Numbered from the stretch's first letter, positions 20,191-30,295 are shown. The stretch: 64,000 nucleotides of DNA from an uncultured Thermomicrobiales bacterium (GCA_902806325.1 CADCWE010000087.1:17660-81659); one strand, 5' to 3'. Made by a program: numbers and translations. Notes: generated by a model not told the origin, from the letters alone.

Positions 20191-21240
20191 GTGACCGACG
20201 CCGCGACCACGCCCGGACTGTTGGAACGCCTCCAAGCGGGGCCGGTGATTTGCGCCGAAGGCTACTTGTTCGAGTTCGAGCGGCGTGGCTACCTGCAAGC
20301 CGGCGCGTTCGTGCCGGAAGTGGTGCTGGAGCACCCCGACCTGGTCGCCCAACTGCACCGCGAGTTCGTCCATGCCGGGTCGGACGTGGTCGAGGCGTTC
20401 ACCTACTACGCCCACCGCGAAAAGCTGCGCTTGATCGGCAAAGAGCACCTGCTCGAGGAGATGAACCGCCAGGCCCTGACCATCGCCAAACAGGTCGCGA
20501 CCGAGACCGGCGCCCTGTTCGCCGGCGATATCTGCAACACCAACGTCTTCGTCGGCGACGATGCTTCCCGGCGGGCGGTGCGGGCGATGTTCGAGGAGCA
20601 GGTCGGCTGGGCGGCCGAGGCGGGGGCCGACTTCGTGATCGGCGAAACCTTCTCCTGGGCCGAGGAAGCGATGATCGCGCTGGAGGTGATCAAGGCGGCC
20701 GGCAAACCGGCCGTGATCACCCTCGCCATCCACCAGGAGCCTGAAACGCGGGACGGGCTGTCGCCGGAGGAGGCCTGCGCCCGGCTGGAAGACGCCGGGG
20801 CGGACGTGGTTGGCCTGAATTGCATCCGCGGCCCGGAAACGCTGCTGCCGCTGCTGCGCCCGATCCGGGAGCGGGTCACGGGGCACGTCGCGGCGCTGCC
20901 GGTGCCGTACCGCACTCGCGCCGAGCAGCCGTCGTTCCAATCGCTGCGCGACCCGGCCTACCCGGACCCCCCGGGCGGGCGCCCGTTCCCGGTGGCGCTC
21001 GACCCGTTCGTTTGCACCCGGTACGAGATCGCCGACTTCGCCCGCGCCGCCGCCGACCTTGGCGTCACCTACCTCGGCGTCTGCTGCGGCGCCGGTCCCC
21101 ACCACATCCGGGCGATGGCCGAAGCCCTCGGCCGGACCCCGCCCGCCAGCCGCTACACCGCCGACATGTCCAAGCACGCCTTCCTCGGCACCGATCCGAC
21201 CTTGAAGCCGGAGAACCGGGAATACGTGAAGGTGCTGTAG
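20191..21240 (+). CDS. homocysteine S-methyltransferase-domain protein, betaine-homocysteine methyltransferase-like
   Basis: GTG at 20191 follows AAGGAG. The Hcy-binding barrel pattern is present (ICAEGYLFEFERRGY, VEAFTYYAHREKL). The zinc-ligand cysteines are GLNC and YLGVCCGAGPHH. Confidence 0.75.
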   Translation: MTDAATTPGLLERLQAGPVICAEGYLFEFERRGYLQAGAFVPEVVLEHPDLVAQLHREFVHAGSDVVEAFTYYAHREKLRLIGKEHLLEEMNRQALTIAKQVATETGALFAGDICNTNVFVGDDASRRAVRAMFEEQVGWAAEAGADFVIGETFSWAEEAMIALEVIKAAGKPAVITLAIHQEPETRDGLSPEEACARLEDAGADVVGLNCIRGPETLLPLLRPIRERVTGHVAALPVPYRTRAEQPSFQSLRDPAYPDPPGGRPFPVALDPFVCTRYEIADFARAAADLGVTYLGVCCGAGPHHIRAMAEALGRTPPASRYTADMSKHAFLGTDPTLKPENREYVKVL

Positions 21241-21316
21241 CGGTTGCCCCGCCGGTTCGTAGCGAGTGACCCGGAAACGGGGCGACGTTGCCCGTACGGC
21301 GAAAGGAGACGCGCTG

Positions 21317-22354
21317 GTGATCGCCCTTGAGCACGTCTCCAAAGCCTTTCCGGGGCGGGGCCCGGAGGTGCGCGCGGTCGACGACGTCAGCATCGCGGTC
21401 GGCGCCGGCGAACTGGTGGTCTTGATCGGACCGTCGGGCTCCGGCAAAACGACCACGATGCGGATGATCAACCGCCTGGAGACGCCGACCGAGGGCCGGA
21501 TCACCGTCAACGGGCGCGACGTGCGCGACCTGAACGAGGTCGATCTGCGGCGCGGGATCGGCTACGTGATCCAACAGGGCGGCCTGTTCCCGCACTTCAC
21601 CGTCGCCGACAACGTCGCGGTGGTGCCGCGGCTGCTCGGCTGGTCGCGCCAGAAGCGGCGGGCGCGCGCCCACGAGCTGTTGGCGCTGGTCGGGTTGCCG
21701 CCGGAGCGGTTCGCCGACCGCTACCCGCGCCAGCTTTCCGGCGGCCAGCAGCAGCGGGTCGGGGTGGCGCGGGCGTTGGCAGCCGACCCGCCGATCGTGC
21801 TGATGGACGAGCCGTTCGGCGCCGTCGATCCGATCACCCGCAAGGGGTTGCAGAAGGAGCTGCGGCGGATCCAGGCCGAGGTCCAAAAGACGATCGTCTT
21901 CGTCACCCACGACATTGCCGAAGCGTTTCTGCTCGGCGATCGTATCGTGCTGATGGCCGACGGCCGGGTGGTCCAGGACGCGACCCCGGCCGATCTGCTC
22001 CGCAACCCGGCCGACCCGTTCGTGACCGCCTTCATCGGCGAGGACCGGGGGCTGCGGGGGTTGCAGTTCACGACGCTGGAGGAACTGGCGGAACCGGCGC
22101 CCGGCGCCGCGACGCCTGGCGCGATGGTGCTCTCCGGCGCGCTCTCCATCCTGGACGCCGGGCGGGAACTGGGGCGACACGGCGCCAACGGCCGCCACGG
22201 GACGGCGAACGGCTTTTGGGTCGCCGACGCCGGCGGCAACCCGACCGGATACGTCAGCTTCCAACGGTTCGCCGCCACGTTGGGGGAAACCGTCGGCGCC
22301 AGCGATGCCGACCCGGGATCGGCGGACGGAGGCCACGGTGGAGTACCTGCGTGA
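21317..22354 (+). CDS. glycine betaine/carnitine/choline-type (OpuC/OsmV-like) ABC transporter ATP-binding protein
   Basis: GTG at 21317 follows GAAAGGAG. Walker A is GPSGSGKTT, the signature is LSGGQQQR and Walker B is VLMDEPF. A C-terminal extension typical of osmoprotectant ATPases is present. Confidence 0.8.
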   Translation: MIALEHVSKAFPGRGPEVRAVDDVSIAVGAGELVVLIGPSGSGKTTTMRMINRLETPTEGRITVNGRDVRDLNEVDLRRGIGYVIQQGGLFPHFTVADNVAVVPRLLGWSRQKRRARAHELLALVGLPPERFADRYPRQLSGGQQQRVGVARALAADPPIVLMDEPFGAVDPITRKGLQKELRRIQAEVQKTIVFVTHDIAEAFLLGDRIVLMADGRVVQDATPADLLRNPADPFVTAFIGEDRGLRGLQFTTLEELAEPAPGAATPGAMVLSGALSILDAGRELGRHGANGRHGTANGFWVADAGGNPTGYVSFQRFAATLGETVGASDADPGSADGGHGGVPA

Positions 22355-22976
22355 GCACCCGGATCGGGTCTGGGAGCTGACCGTCGAGCACGTCCAGGTG
22401 GTCGCGGTCAGCGTCGGGATCGCGATCCTGCTCGGCGTTCCGCTCGGTATCCTGGTCACCCGATGGCGTCGGCTGGAAGGGCCGGTGATCGGCGCCGCCG
22501 GGATGCTCTACACGGTGCCCAGCTTGGCCCTGTTCGGGATCCTGATCCCCTACACCGGCCTCGGCCGGGACACCGTGATCGTGGCCCTGGTGCTCTACTC
22601 CCTGCTCGCCATCGTCCGCAACACCGTGGCGGGTCTGGACGGGATCCTGCCGGCCACCCTCGACGCCGCCCGCGGGGTGGGGATGGGCGGCGGCCAACGC
22701 CTGGTGATGGTGGAACTGCCGCTGGCGCTGCCGGTGATCCTGGCCGGCATCAGGTTGGCGACCGTCGCGGCGGTCGGGATCGCCACCATCGCCGCGGCGG
22801 TCGGGGTCGACGGCTTGGGTCGCTTGATCTTCGATGGCATGCGCCGCTTGGACACCGACCGCATCGTCGCCGGCGCCCTGGTCGCCTCGGTGCTGGCCCT
22901 CGCCGCCGACTGGGGGCTGGCGCGGCTGGGCGATCTGCTGCGGCGCGATCTCCGCCGCTCGGTCGGGAGGGGGTGA
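22338..22976 (+). CDS. osmoprotectant ABC transporter permease
   Basis: GTG at 22338 overlaps the ATPase gene end by 17 nt. The protein is hydrophobic with a BPD-type loop (LDAARGVGMGGGQRLVMVELPLALP). Confidence 0.75.
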   Translation: MEYLREHPDRVWELTVEHVQVVAVSVGIAILLGVPLGILVTRWRRLEGPVIGAAGMLYTVPSLALFGILIPYTGLGRDTVIVALVLYSLLAIVRNTVAGLDGILPATLDAARGVGMGGGQRLVMVELPLALPVILAGIRLATVAAVGIATIAAAVGVDGLGRLIFDGMRRLDTDRIVAGALVASVLALAADWGLARLGDLLRRDLRRSVGRG

Positions 22977-22984
22977 CGAAGGCG

Positions 22985-23641
22985 ATGCTCAACGACCTCG
23001 TCGAAACCTGGCGCTACATCGGGGACAACCGGGAGGAGTTTCTGGACCTCTTGACCGAGCACGTCCAACTGACGCTCGCCGCGGTGGTTATCGCGATCCT
23101 GATCGCGTTGCCGCTGGCGGTGCTGGTTAGCCGGGTCGAGATCCTGGCCAAGCCGATGACCTGGCTGGCGGCGATCGGCCAGACGGTGCCAAGCATCGCC
23201 GTGCTGGCGATCATGTTGCCGTGGCTGGGGATCGGGTTTCGGCCGTCGTTGTTCGCGCTGACCATCCGCGCCGTGTTGCCGATCTTCCTCAACGCCTACG
23301 TCGGCATCGCCGGCGCCGACCGGGCGGTGATCGACGCCGCGCGGGGGATGGGCAGCAGCGGCGCCCAGATGCTGTTCCTGGTCGAACTCCCCCTCGCGAC
23401 CCCCGTTCTGTTCGCCGGGATCCAAACCGCGCTGGTGCAAACGATCGGCCTGGCCACCCTGGCCGCGTTCATCGGCGGCGGCGGGCTGGGCGACTACATC
23501 CTCCAGGGGCTGGGGATGCTCGATAACGAGGTGATCCTGGCCGGCGCAATCCCGATCGCGCTGCTGGCGATCGGGACCGAGTTCGGGATGGCCCGATTGC
23601 GCCGCTGGGTGGTGCCGGCCGGCTTGCAGACCCCGCGCTGA
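22985..23641 (+). CDS. osmoprotectant ABC transporter permease (second subunit)
   Basis: ATG at 22985 is codon 175 of the listed ORF. The loop is IDAARGMGSSGAQMLFLVELPLATP, paralogous to the preceding permease. Confidence 0.8.
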   Translation: MLNDLVETWRYIGDNREEFLDLLTEHVQLTLAAVVIAILIALPLAVLVSRVEILAKPMTWLAAIGQTVPSIAVLAIMLPWLGIGFRPSLFALTIRAVLPIFLNAYVGIAGADRAVIDAARGMGSSGAQMLFLVELPLATPVLFAGIQTALVQTIGLATLAAFIGGGGLGDYILQGLGMLDNEVILAGAIPIALLAIGTEFGMARLRRWVVPAGLQTPR

Positions 23642-23753
23642 TCGAACGGAGGCGGCGCCACCGGATGGACGGGTAGGATAGGATATCGACGGTCGGTCCG
23701 GGCGTCGGCTCGCGGGCGACGGCTTCGGTGGCTCGGTGATAAGGAGGGGAACC

Positions 23754-24716
23754 ATGGCGAGGATCCGCAGGCTGCTGTCCCTGGTCGTCGCGTTCGGCCT
23801 GCTGCTGCCGATGGCGGTCGGGATTTCCGCCCAGGACGACAAGCCGACCGTCAGCATCGGCTCCAAGGATTTCACCGAGCAGGAACTGATCAACGAGATG
23901 CTGGCCCAACTGCTCGAAGACGCCGATTACGAGGTCGAACGCAACCTCAACCTGGCCAGCACCGCAGTCGTCCACGAGGCCCTGGTCAACGGCGAGGTGG
24001 ACGCCTACATCGAGTACACCGGCACGGGGCTGCTGGCGGTCCTCGGCCTGGAACTGCCCGACGCTGCGGCGACGCCGACCGCGGGCGATGCGTCCGGGAC
24101 CCCCGCCGCCGGCGGCGACGTCGTCCAGGCCGTCTACGACATCGTCAAGGCCGAGTACGAGGCCCAGTTTGACGCCACCTGGCTCGACCCGCTCGGCTTC
24201 AACAACACCTACGCTTTGGCCCTGACCCGCGAACGGGCCGAGGAGCTTGACGCGACCACCATCTCCGACCTGATCGACAGCGCCGGCGAGCTGACCTTTG
24301 GCGGCACGCAGGAATTCCTCGACCGGCCCGACGGCCTGCCCGGCTTGGAAGCCGCCTACGAAGGGTTGGAGTTCGGGGACACCAGCGGGCTGGACCCCGG
24401 GCTGCTCTACTCGGCGGTCGACGAGGGCGACGTCGACGTCATCTCCGCCTTCGCCACCGACGGCCGGATCCCGGCGCTGGACCTGGTGATCCTGGAAGAC
24501 GACCTCGGATTCTTCCCGCCATACTTCGCCGCGCCGGTGGTGCGCCAAGACCTGCTCGAAGAAGACCCGGCCGTCGAGGACGTGTTGAACCAGCTCGCCG
24601 GCCAGATCGACGACGCGACGATGGCCGACCTCAACTTCCGGGTCGACGACGGCGGCGAGGAGATCGAAGACGTCGCTCGTGCGTTCCTCGAAGAGCGCGG
24701 GTTGATCGGGGAGTAA
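23754..24716 (+). CDS. glycine betaine-type ABC transporter substrate-binding protein
   Basis: ATG at 23754 follows AAGGAGGGG. It has a signal peptide (LLSLVVAFGLLLPMAV). The OpuCC/OsmX-like pattern is present (SIGSKDFTEQELINEM, DAYIEYTGTGL, FNNTYALA, FFPPYFAAPVV). Confidence 0.8.
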   Translation: MARIRRLLSLVVAFGLLLPMAVGISAQDDKPTVSIGSKDFTEQELINEMLAQLLEDADYEVERNLNLASTAVVHEALVNGEVDAYIEYTGTGLLAVLGLELPDAAATPTAGDASGTPAAGGDVVQAVYDIVKAEYEAQFDATWLDPLGFNNTYALALTRERAEELDATTISDLIDSAGELTFGGTQEFLDRPDGLPGLEAAYEGLEFGDTSGLDPGLLYSAVDEGDVDVISAFATDGRIPALDLVILEDDLGFFPPYFAAPVVRQDLLEEDPAVEDVLNQLAGQIDDATMADLNFRVDDGGEEIEDVARAFLEERGLIGE

Positions 24717-25225
24717 TGCCCGGCGTTCGATCGTACGCGGTCGAATGCGGTTTCGGGCCGGAGGGGCGGGCGACCACGGTCGGCGTCCGCCCCTCTGGCC
24801 CCTTGGGCCGATCGCAGGCCGGGCGGGGACATCCGCGAGTCGACGTTCGCGGTCGAGCAGGACAACGATGTGTGATCGAAACGGGGACGCGACCGACCGT
24901 CTGCGGGCCGGCACCTGAGCGGCGAGCGGTCGCGGTGGGACGGACTCAGGCGGGGACCGTGCTCCTTCGCCCCGGGATGCTCGGCTGCTCGGGTTCGCCC
25001 GGTTGGTTCCAGAAGACCGCGCTCCTCCTCGAGTTCAGCGACGAACCGATCCGCCTCGTTCACAACGCGATCGCGGCGGTGTCTTCGTTCCCGCGCAGGG
25101 GCGCCGACGGACATTGACGGCGCCGTGGGTGCCGTCGTCCGGGATATTGCCCGGCATCGTTGGACCGTGTTAGGATACTGGATCATCCGTTCTACTCGTT
25201 TGATTCAAGACGCAGGAGTCTAGGG

Positions 25226-25816
25226 ATGGCCGAAGTCCTGCTCTTCCACCACGCGCAAGGGCTGACCCCCGGCGTCGTCGCGTTCGCCGACGAGCTGCGC
25301 CGCGCCGGCCACGCGGTCCACACGCCCGACCTGTACGAGGGCCGCACCTTCCCCACCCTCGACGAAGGCGTCGCCCACGCCGGTGAGATCGGTTTCGGCG
25401 CGTTGCTCGAGCGAGGCATTCGGGCGGTCGAGGGGCTGCCCGCCGGGTTGGTCTACGCCGGCTTCTCGCTCGGGGTGATGCCGGCCCAGAAGTTGGCCCA
25501 AACCCGGGCCGGGGCGCGCGGGGCGCTCCTCTGCCATGCCTGCGTCTCGGTGATAGAGTTCGGCGCCGCTTGGCCCGCCGGGGTCCCGGTCCAGGTCCAC
25601 GCCATGGACGCCGACCCGTTCTTCGTCGACGAGGGCGACCTCGACGCCGCCCGTGCGCTGGTCGCCGAGGTCGAGGACGCGGCGCTGTTCCTCTACCCCG
25701 GCGACCGGCACCTCTTTGCTGACCGCTCGCTGTCCTCGTACGACGACGCCGCCGCCGGGCTGTTGATGGAACGGGTGCTCGCGTTCCTCGACGGCGTCGG
25801 GTCGGTGCCTCGGTGA
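25226..25816 (+). CDS. dienelactone hydrolase-family protein
   Basis: ATG at 25226 follows AGGAG. The sequence (LLFHHAQGLTPGVVAFADELRRAGHAVHTPDLYEG, YAGFSLGV, YPGDRHLF) is typical of the short DLH family. Confidence 0.75.
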   Translation: MAEVLLFHHAQGLTPGVVAFADELRRAGHAVHTPDLYEGRTFPTLDEGVAHAGEIGFGALLERGIRAVEGLPAGLVYAGFSLGVMPAQKLAQTRAGARGALLCHACVSVIEFGAAWPAGVPVQVHAMDADPFFVDEGDLDAARALVAEVEDAALFLYPGDRHLFADRSLSSYDDAAAGLLMERVLAFLDGVGSVPR

Positions 25817-26352
25817 TCCATTTGGACGGGCACGGACGTCCGAAACCGCCCCTCGCGGCCGACGAGCCCGCCACCCTCCTCGGCTTCCTGGAGTACCAGC
25901 GCGCGACGCTGGACTGGAAATCGCGCGGGCTGGGCGCCGCCGGGCTGCGGGCGACGGTTGGGGTGTCGACGATTACCCTGGGCGGGCTGCTCAAGCACCT
26001 CGCCTTCGTCGAGGACTTCTGGTTCTCCCGCGGGCTGGGCGGTCGAGACCCGGCGCTGCCGTGGGTCACCGGGGAGTGGGAAGCAGACTCATCCCGGAGT
26101 TGGAGCCCGTCCGCGGAGGAGCGCTACGAGGAACTCCTCGCCGTTTGGAGGGATGCGGTGGCCCGCTCCCGCGCGATGGTCGACGCGGCCTTGGCCGAGG
26201 GCGGCCTGGACGGGTTGGCCCGGCGGCGGTCACCGAACGGCGCGTCGCCGAGCTTGCGCTGGATCGTGGTCCACATGATCGCGGAATACGCCCGCCACAA
26301 CGGCCACGCCGACCTGATCCGGGAGGCGGTGGACGGCCAAACCGGCGACTGA
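25813..26352 (+). CDS. DinB-family (DUF664-like) protein
   Basis: GTG overlaps the previous stop as GTGA. The four-helix DinB pattern has the C-terminal histidine motif HMIAEYARHNGHADLIRE. Confidence 0.75.
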   Translation: MIHLDGHGRPKPPLAADEPATLLGFLEYQRATLDWKSRGLGAAGLRATVGVSTITLGGLLKHLAFVEDFWFSRGLGGRDPALPWVTGEWEADSSRSWSPSAEERYEELLAVWRDAVARSRAMVDAALAEGGLDGLARRRSPNGASPSLRWIVVHMIAEYARHNGHADLIREAVDGQTGD

Positions 26353-26890
26353 CCGCCGCGTGGCCGCGAGCGACCGGCTCACGCCGCGGCGGTCCCACGA
26401 GGCCGACGGGGTTGGGGACCGGCCGGAGCTGTTCGTCGGCACGCTCCCGAGCGTGCGCGGCGGGTCGTTCGGGGCGGCTCGCCCCCGCCACGGCCGGTCC
26501 CTGTCAGAGTCGGCGCGCGACGGGCGCGGCCCGCAAAGCGCGGCGTGTCGCGTTCGCCGGAAGCCACGTCGTGTTCGTCGCTCCCCCGGGCGACGAGTGC
26601 CGCGTCATCCGACCAGGCCTCCGGACGACGGGACCCTCCCGACACGAGGGTTGCTGCGCTAAGGCTCAACCGCTCCACGCCCGGTCAGCGGTGGCTGTTG
26701 CGCCGCGATGTGCCTGGCGTCGCCGACGCGATTCCTCGCCTGGTCGCGCCGCGGGCCCGGCATGCGGCCCCGCCGGACATCGCGCGGTGGAACCGACTCA
26801 CCGATCTCAACCTGCCGACCTGGACGCCGCCATACCACCCTTGGCGGCATCCCAGCGGCCGATTTTGACCGACCCGACGGCCGGTTCCCG

Positions 26891-27598
26891 CTAGATCCCA
26901 AGGTACGCGCGGCGGACCAAGTCCGACGCCAGGATCTCCGCGCCGGTGCCGTCGGCGATGGTCGAGCCGGTTTGCAGGACGTAGGCGTGGTCCGCCAGCT
27001 CCAGCGATTCGCGGACGTTTTGCTCCACCAGCAGGATGGTGGTGCCTTCGCGGGCGATGGCGCGGATGGTGGTGAAGATTTCGTCTACGAGCTTGGGGGC
27101 GATGCCGAGCGAGGGTTCGTCGAGCATCAGCAGCGCCGGCCCGAGCATCAGGCCGCGGGCGATGGCGACCATCTGCTGTTCGCCGCCGGAGAGCGTGCCG
27201 GCCCGCTGATCGGCGCGCTCCCGCAGCCTCGGGAACATGGTCAACACGCGCTCCATCGCCGCGTCCTCGCCGGCGCGGGCGCGTGGGCTGTGGGCACCGA
27301 CGAGCAGGTTCTGGCGCACGGTCAGCCGGCTGAAGAGCCGCCGTCCTTCGGGGACGTGGGCGATGCCAAGCTCGGCGATCCGGTGGGCGGGTTGACCGGC
27401 GAGCCGTTGCCCGCGAAAGGCGATCTCGCCCCGCTCGGGGCGGAGGAGACCGGAGATCGTGCGCAGGGTGGTCGTCTTGCCGGCGCCGTTGGCGCCGATC
27501 AGGGCGACGATCTGACCCTCGCCGACGTCGAGGCTGACGTCGTGGAGGGCGGGCACCCCGGCGTAGGCCGCGCTCAGGTGGCGGACCTGCAGCAGCAT
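26891..27598 (-). CDS. livF: branched-chain amino acid ABC transporter ATP-binding protein
   Basis: ATG at 27596-27598 gives the last 235 codons of the listed ORF. Walker A is GANGAGKTT, the signature is LSGGEQQM and Walker B is LMLDEPS. The start overlaps the livG stop by 1 nt. Confidence 0.85.
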   Translation of the reverse strand: MLLQVRHLSAAYAGVPALHDVSLDVGEGQIVALIGANGAGKTTTLRTISGLLRPERGEIAFRGQRLAGQPAHRIAELGIAHVPEGRRLFSRLTVRQNLLVGAHSPRARAGEDAAMERVLTMFPRLRERADQRAGTLSGGEQQMVAIARGLMLGPALLMLDEPSLGIAPKLVDEIFTTIRAIAREGTTILLVEQNVRESLELADHAYVLQTGSTIADGTGAEILASDLVRRAYLGI

Positions 27599-28341
27599 TA
27601 GGCGCTGCCCTCGTCCCGCGGCCGGTACTTCTCGCCCAGATAGGCGGCGATCACGTTCGGGTCGCGGACGACCGTTTGCGGCGGTCCCTCGGCAATCTTG
27701 CGCCCGGAGTCGAGGACCACCACGTGGTCGGAGATCGGCATCAGCACTTCCATCACATGCTCGACAAGCAGCACGGTCGTCCCCCGGTCGCGGATGGCGC
27801 GGATCAGGGCGACCGCCTGGGCGCGCTCGGCGGGGTTCAGCCCGGCCATCACCTCGTCGAGCATCAGGAGGCGCGGCTGGGTCGCCAGCGCCCGGGTCAA
27901 CTCCAGCCGCTTCTTGTCGGCGATGGTCAGATCGGCGCCTCGGACCCGTGCCCGCCCGGCGAGACCGGTGAAGGCCAGCAGATCGGTGGCCCGTGCCCGG
28001 GCCTCGTTCGCCCGGTTGGTGCGCGCAAACGCGCCGATCATCACGTTGTCGAGCACCGTCATCTCGGGGAAGGTGCGCACGACCTGGAAGGTGCGGGCCA
28101 GCCCGGCGCGCAGCACCCGCTCCGGCGCCCAGCCGGCGATCTCGCGGCCGGCGAACCGGATCGTCCCGCTGGTCGGCGGGAAGAAGCCGGAAACGCAGTT
28201 GAACAGTGTAGTCTTGCCGGCCCCGTTCGGGCCGATCAGGCCGACGATCTGATGCTCCTCGACCACCATCGAGACGTCCCGGTTGGCGTCCAGCCCCCCG
28301 AACCGCTTGGAGACGGCGTGGAGTTCGAGCAAGGCCGGCAT
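27598..28341 (-). CDS. livG: branched-chain amino acid ABC transporter ATP-binding protein
   Basis: Walker A is GPNGAGKTT, with LMLDEVMAGLNP and a LivG-type C-terminus (VIAAYLG). Confidence 0.85.
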   Translation of the reverse strand: MPALLELHAVSKRFGGLDANRDVSMVVEEHQIVGLIGPNGAGKTTLFNCVSGFFPPTSGTIRFAGREIAGWAPERVLRAGLARTFQVVRTFPEMTVLDNVMIGAFARTNRANEARARATDLLAFTGLAGRARVRGADLTIADKKRLELTRALATQPRLLMLDEVMAGLNPAERAQAVALIRAIRDRGTTVLLVEHVMEVLMPISDHVVVLDSGRKIAEGPPQTVVRDPNVIAAYLGEKYRPRDEGSA

Positions 28342-29408
28342 CAGTCGCCCGCTCCCGGAGCACCGACCAGCGGCGCGTCGCCCCGCTCGGCCCCGTCACC
28401 CGCCGGCCGCACGGCCCGCCGACGGCGGCGAACGCGGTCCCCAACCGCGACCAGCCCGTTCGGCTGGAAGACCGCGATCAGCATGATCAGCCCACCGTAG
28501 AGGACGAGGTCGAGGGTGTTGCCGGAGCCGGCGAGCTGGCTGCGCGTGACCTCCGAGAGCGGGATCAGGACCAGCGCCCCGAGCAGCGGACCGACGACGG
28601 TGCCGACCCCGCCGAGGATCGCGACGAGGGCGATCAGCACGGAGAGCTCGAGCCGCATCGTGGTCTCGGGGTCGATGAAGAGCAGGTACTGGGCGTAAAA
28701 GGTGCCGAAGACGGCGCTGACCGCCGCCGAGATGGCGACCGCGATCAACTTGTAGCGCAGCACCGGGACGCCGAGCGATCGGGCCGCCTGCTGGTCGTTC
28801 TTGATCGCGCGCAGGTAGTAGCCGAGCTTCGAACGCTCGACGGCGATCGCGATGGCGACGGCCAGCACGGCCAGGCCGAGCACGACATAATAGTACGGCA
28901 CGCGCGACTCGTTGAACTGGAGGAACGCCCAGGAGTCGGTCGGGCGCCGGTCCGGACCGCGGACGAAGGGGATGGTCATGCCCCGCGCGCCGCGGACGAA
29001 CGCCCAGTTGGTGAACAGGATGAGCAGGATCTCCGCGAGCGCGATCGTGGCGATCGCGAAGTAGTGACCGCCGAGGCGGAAGAACGGGAAAAACACGGCC
29101 ACCGCGAAGCCGGCGGCGATCACGGCCCCGATTGGCATCCCCAGCCAGGGGCTGACGTTCCAGCGGTCGAGCAGCACGGTCGACGTGTAGGCGCCGATGC
29201 CGAAGAAGGCGGCGTTGCCGAGCGAGATCTGGCCGGCGAAACCGCCGAGGATGTTCCAGGCCTGGGCCAGCCCGGCGTAGAGCAGCACCAGCACGGCGGT
29301 GTTCAGCCAGGAGCCATCGTCCACGACGAGGGGGAACACCACCAGGGCGGAGAGTGTCGCGGCAACCGGGAGCCAACCGCCAGGTCGAGAACGGGCGAAG
29401 CCGGTCAC
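28341..29408 (-). CDS. livM: branched-chain amino acid ABC transporter permease
   Basis: GTG at 29406-29408 lies 2 nt after the livH stop and gives 355 aa. The LivM pattern is GGFAGQISLGNAAFFGIGAYT. Confidence 0.8.
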   Translation of the reverse strand: MTGFARSRPGGWLPVAATLSALVVFPLVVDDGSWLNTAVLVLLYAGLAQAWNILGGFAGQISLGNAAFFGIGAYTSTVLLDRWNVSPWLGMPIGAVIAAGFAVAVFFPFFRLGGHYFAIATIALAEILLILFTNWAFVRGARGMTIPFVRGPDRRPTDSWAFLQFNESRVPYYYVVLGLAVLAVAIAIAVERSKLGYYLRAIKNDQQAARSLGVPVLRYKLIAVAISAAVSAVFGTFYAQYLLFIDPETTMRLELSVLIALVAILGGVGTVVGPLLGALVLIPLSEVTRSQLAGSGNTLDLVLYGGLIMLIAVFQPNGLVAVGDRVRRRRRAVRPAGDGAERGDAPLVGAPGAGD

Positions 29409-29410
29409 CG

Positions 29411-30295
29411 TTAGAACCGCCCGAACAGGCCCTGGGGCCGGACCAGGACGACCGCCAGGTAGAAGCCGAAGACGACGGCGTACTTGTAGGCCGGCGAGAA
29501 GCCGAACAGGGTCGGGCTGACGACCTCGACCAGGCCGACCAGCAGCCCCGCGACCAGCGCGCCCGGCACGCTCCCGAAGCCGCCGAGGGCAACGGTGATG
29601 TAGGCGATCAGGGCGAAGACGACGCCGACCGACGGGTAGATGTAATAAAACGTGGCCAGCACGGCGCCGGCCAGCCCGACGCAGGCCGCGCCCAACCCCC
29701 ACCCCAGGGCGAACATCCGGTCGCTGTTGATCCCCATCAACGTCGCGGTCGCCCGATCCTCGGCGACCGCCTGGAGCGCGAGGCCGGTGCGGCTGCGGTC
29801 GATGAACAGGTAGAGGGCGAGAAAGGCGAGGCCGGCGAGCAGGGCGGCGGCGCTCTGGGGCACCCCGAGCGAGACCGAACCGACCTCGACGCCGCCGCCC
29901 GACAGCCCGGCCAGGAAGGGGGCCTCGACCGAGCGAAAGTCGGGCGACCAGAAGAACTGGGCCAGCCCGCGCAGGAACAGCCCGAGGCCGAACGTGGCGA
30001 AGATCTGCGCCAGCATCGGCGCGTGGAGGATGCGCGAGATGATGCCGCGGTAGGTCAGCACCCCGAGCAGGAAGAGCAGCCCGACGGTTGCCGGCAACGA
30101 CAGCATCGGATCGAGGCCGACGAGCGAGCGGCCGAAGAAGGCCGCGTACATCGCCAGCATCAAGAACTCGCCGTGGGCGAAGTTGACGATCTCCATCAGG
30201 CCGAAGATCAGGGTCAGGCCGACCGAGATCAGGGCGTAGACCATCCCGATTAGCAGCCCGCTGGCGATGGCCTGAAGCAGCACGTCACCGTCCAC
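29411..30295 (-). CDS. livH: branched-chain amino acid ABC transporter permease
   Basis: 294 aa with the LivH pattern (GLLIGMVYALISVGLTLIFGLMEIVNFAHGEF). Confidence 0.85.
   Translation of the reverse strand: MDGDVLLQAIASGLLIGMVYALISVGLTLIFGLMEIVNFAHGEFLMLAMYAAFFGRSLVGLDPMLSLPATVGLLFLLGVLTYRGIISRILHAPMLAQIFATFGLGLFLRGLAQFFWSPDFRSVEAPFLAGLSGGGVEVGSVSLGVPQSAAALLAGLAFLALYLFIDRSRTGLALQAVAEDRATATLMGINSDRMFALGWGLGAACVGLAGAVLATFYYIYPSVGVVFALIAYITVALGGFGSVPGALVAGLLVGLVEVVSPTLFGFSPAYKYAVVFGFYLAVVLVRPQGLFGRF

Noticed and set aside
19357-21510. 717-aa ORF on the minus strand
   Set aside because: It is antisense to three well-supported plus-strand genes (oxidase, BHMT-like, ABC ATPase). Its composition is the R/G/P/A-rich pattern of off-frame translation in GC-rich DNA. 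No motifs are present.
24717-25225. Possible small minus-strand gene (MSVGAPARERRHRRDRVVNEADRFVAELEEERG...) in a 500-bp gap. A 9-bp hairpin (24761-24795) lies after the betaine-binding protein gene.
   Set aside because: There is no RBS. The reading runs on into the antisense of the binding-protein gene without a sensible end. The hairpin lacks a U-tract.
26353-26890. 540-bp stretch without an assigned gene, between the DinB-family gene and livF
   Set aside because: All six frames give only Arg/Pro-rich or short readings. I see no motif, repeat or strong structure that I can defend. It may be degraded sequence.
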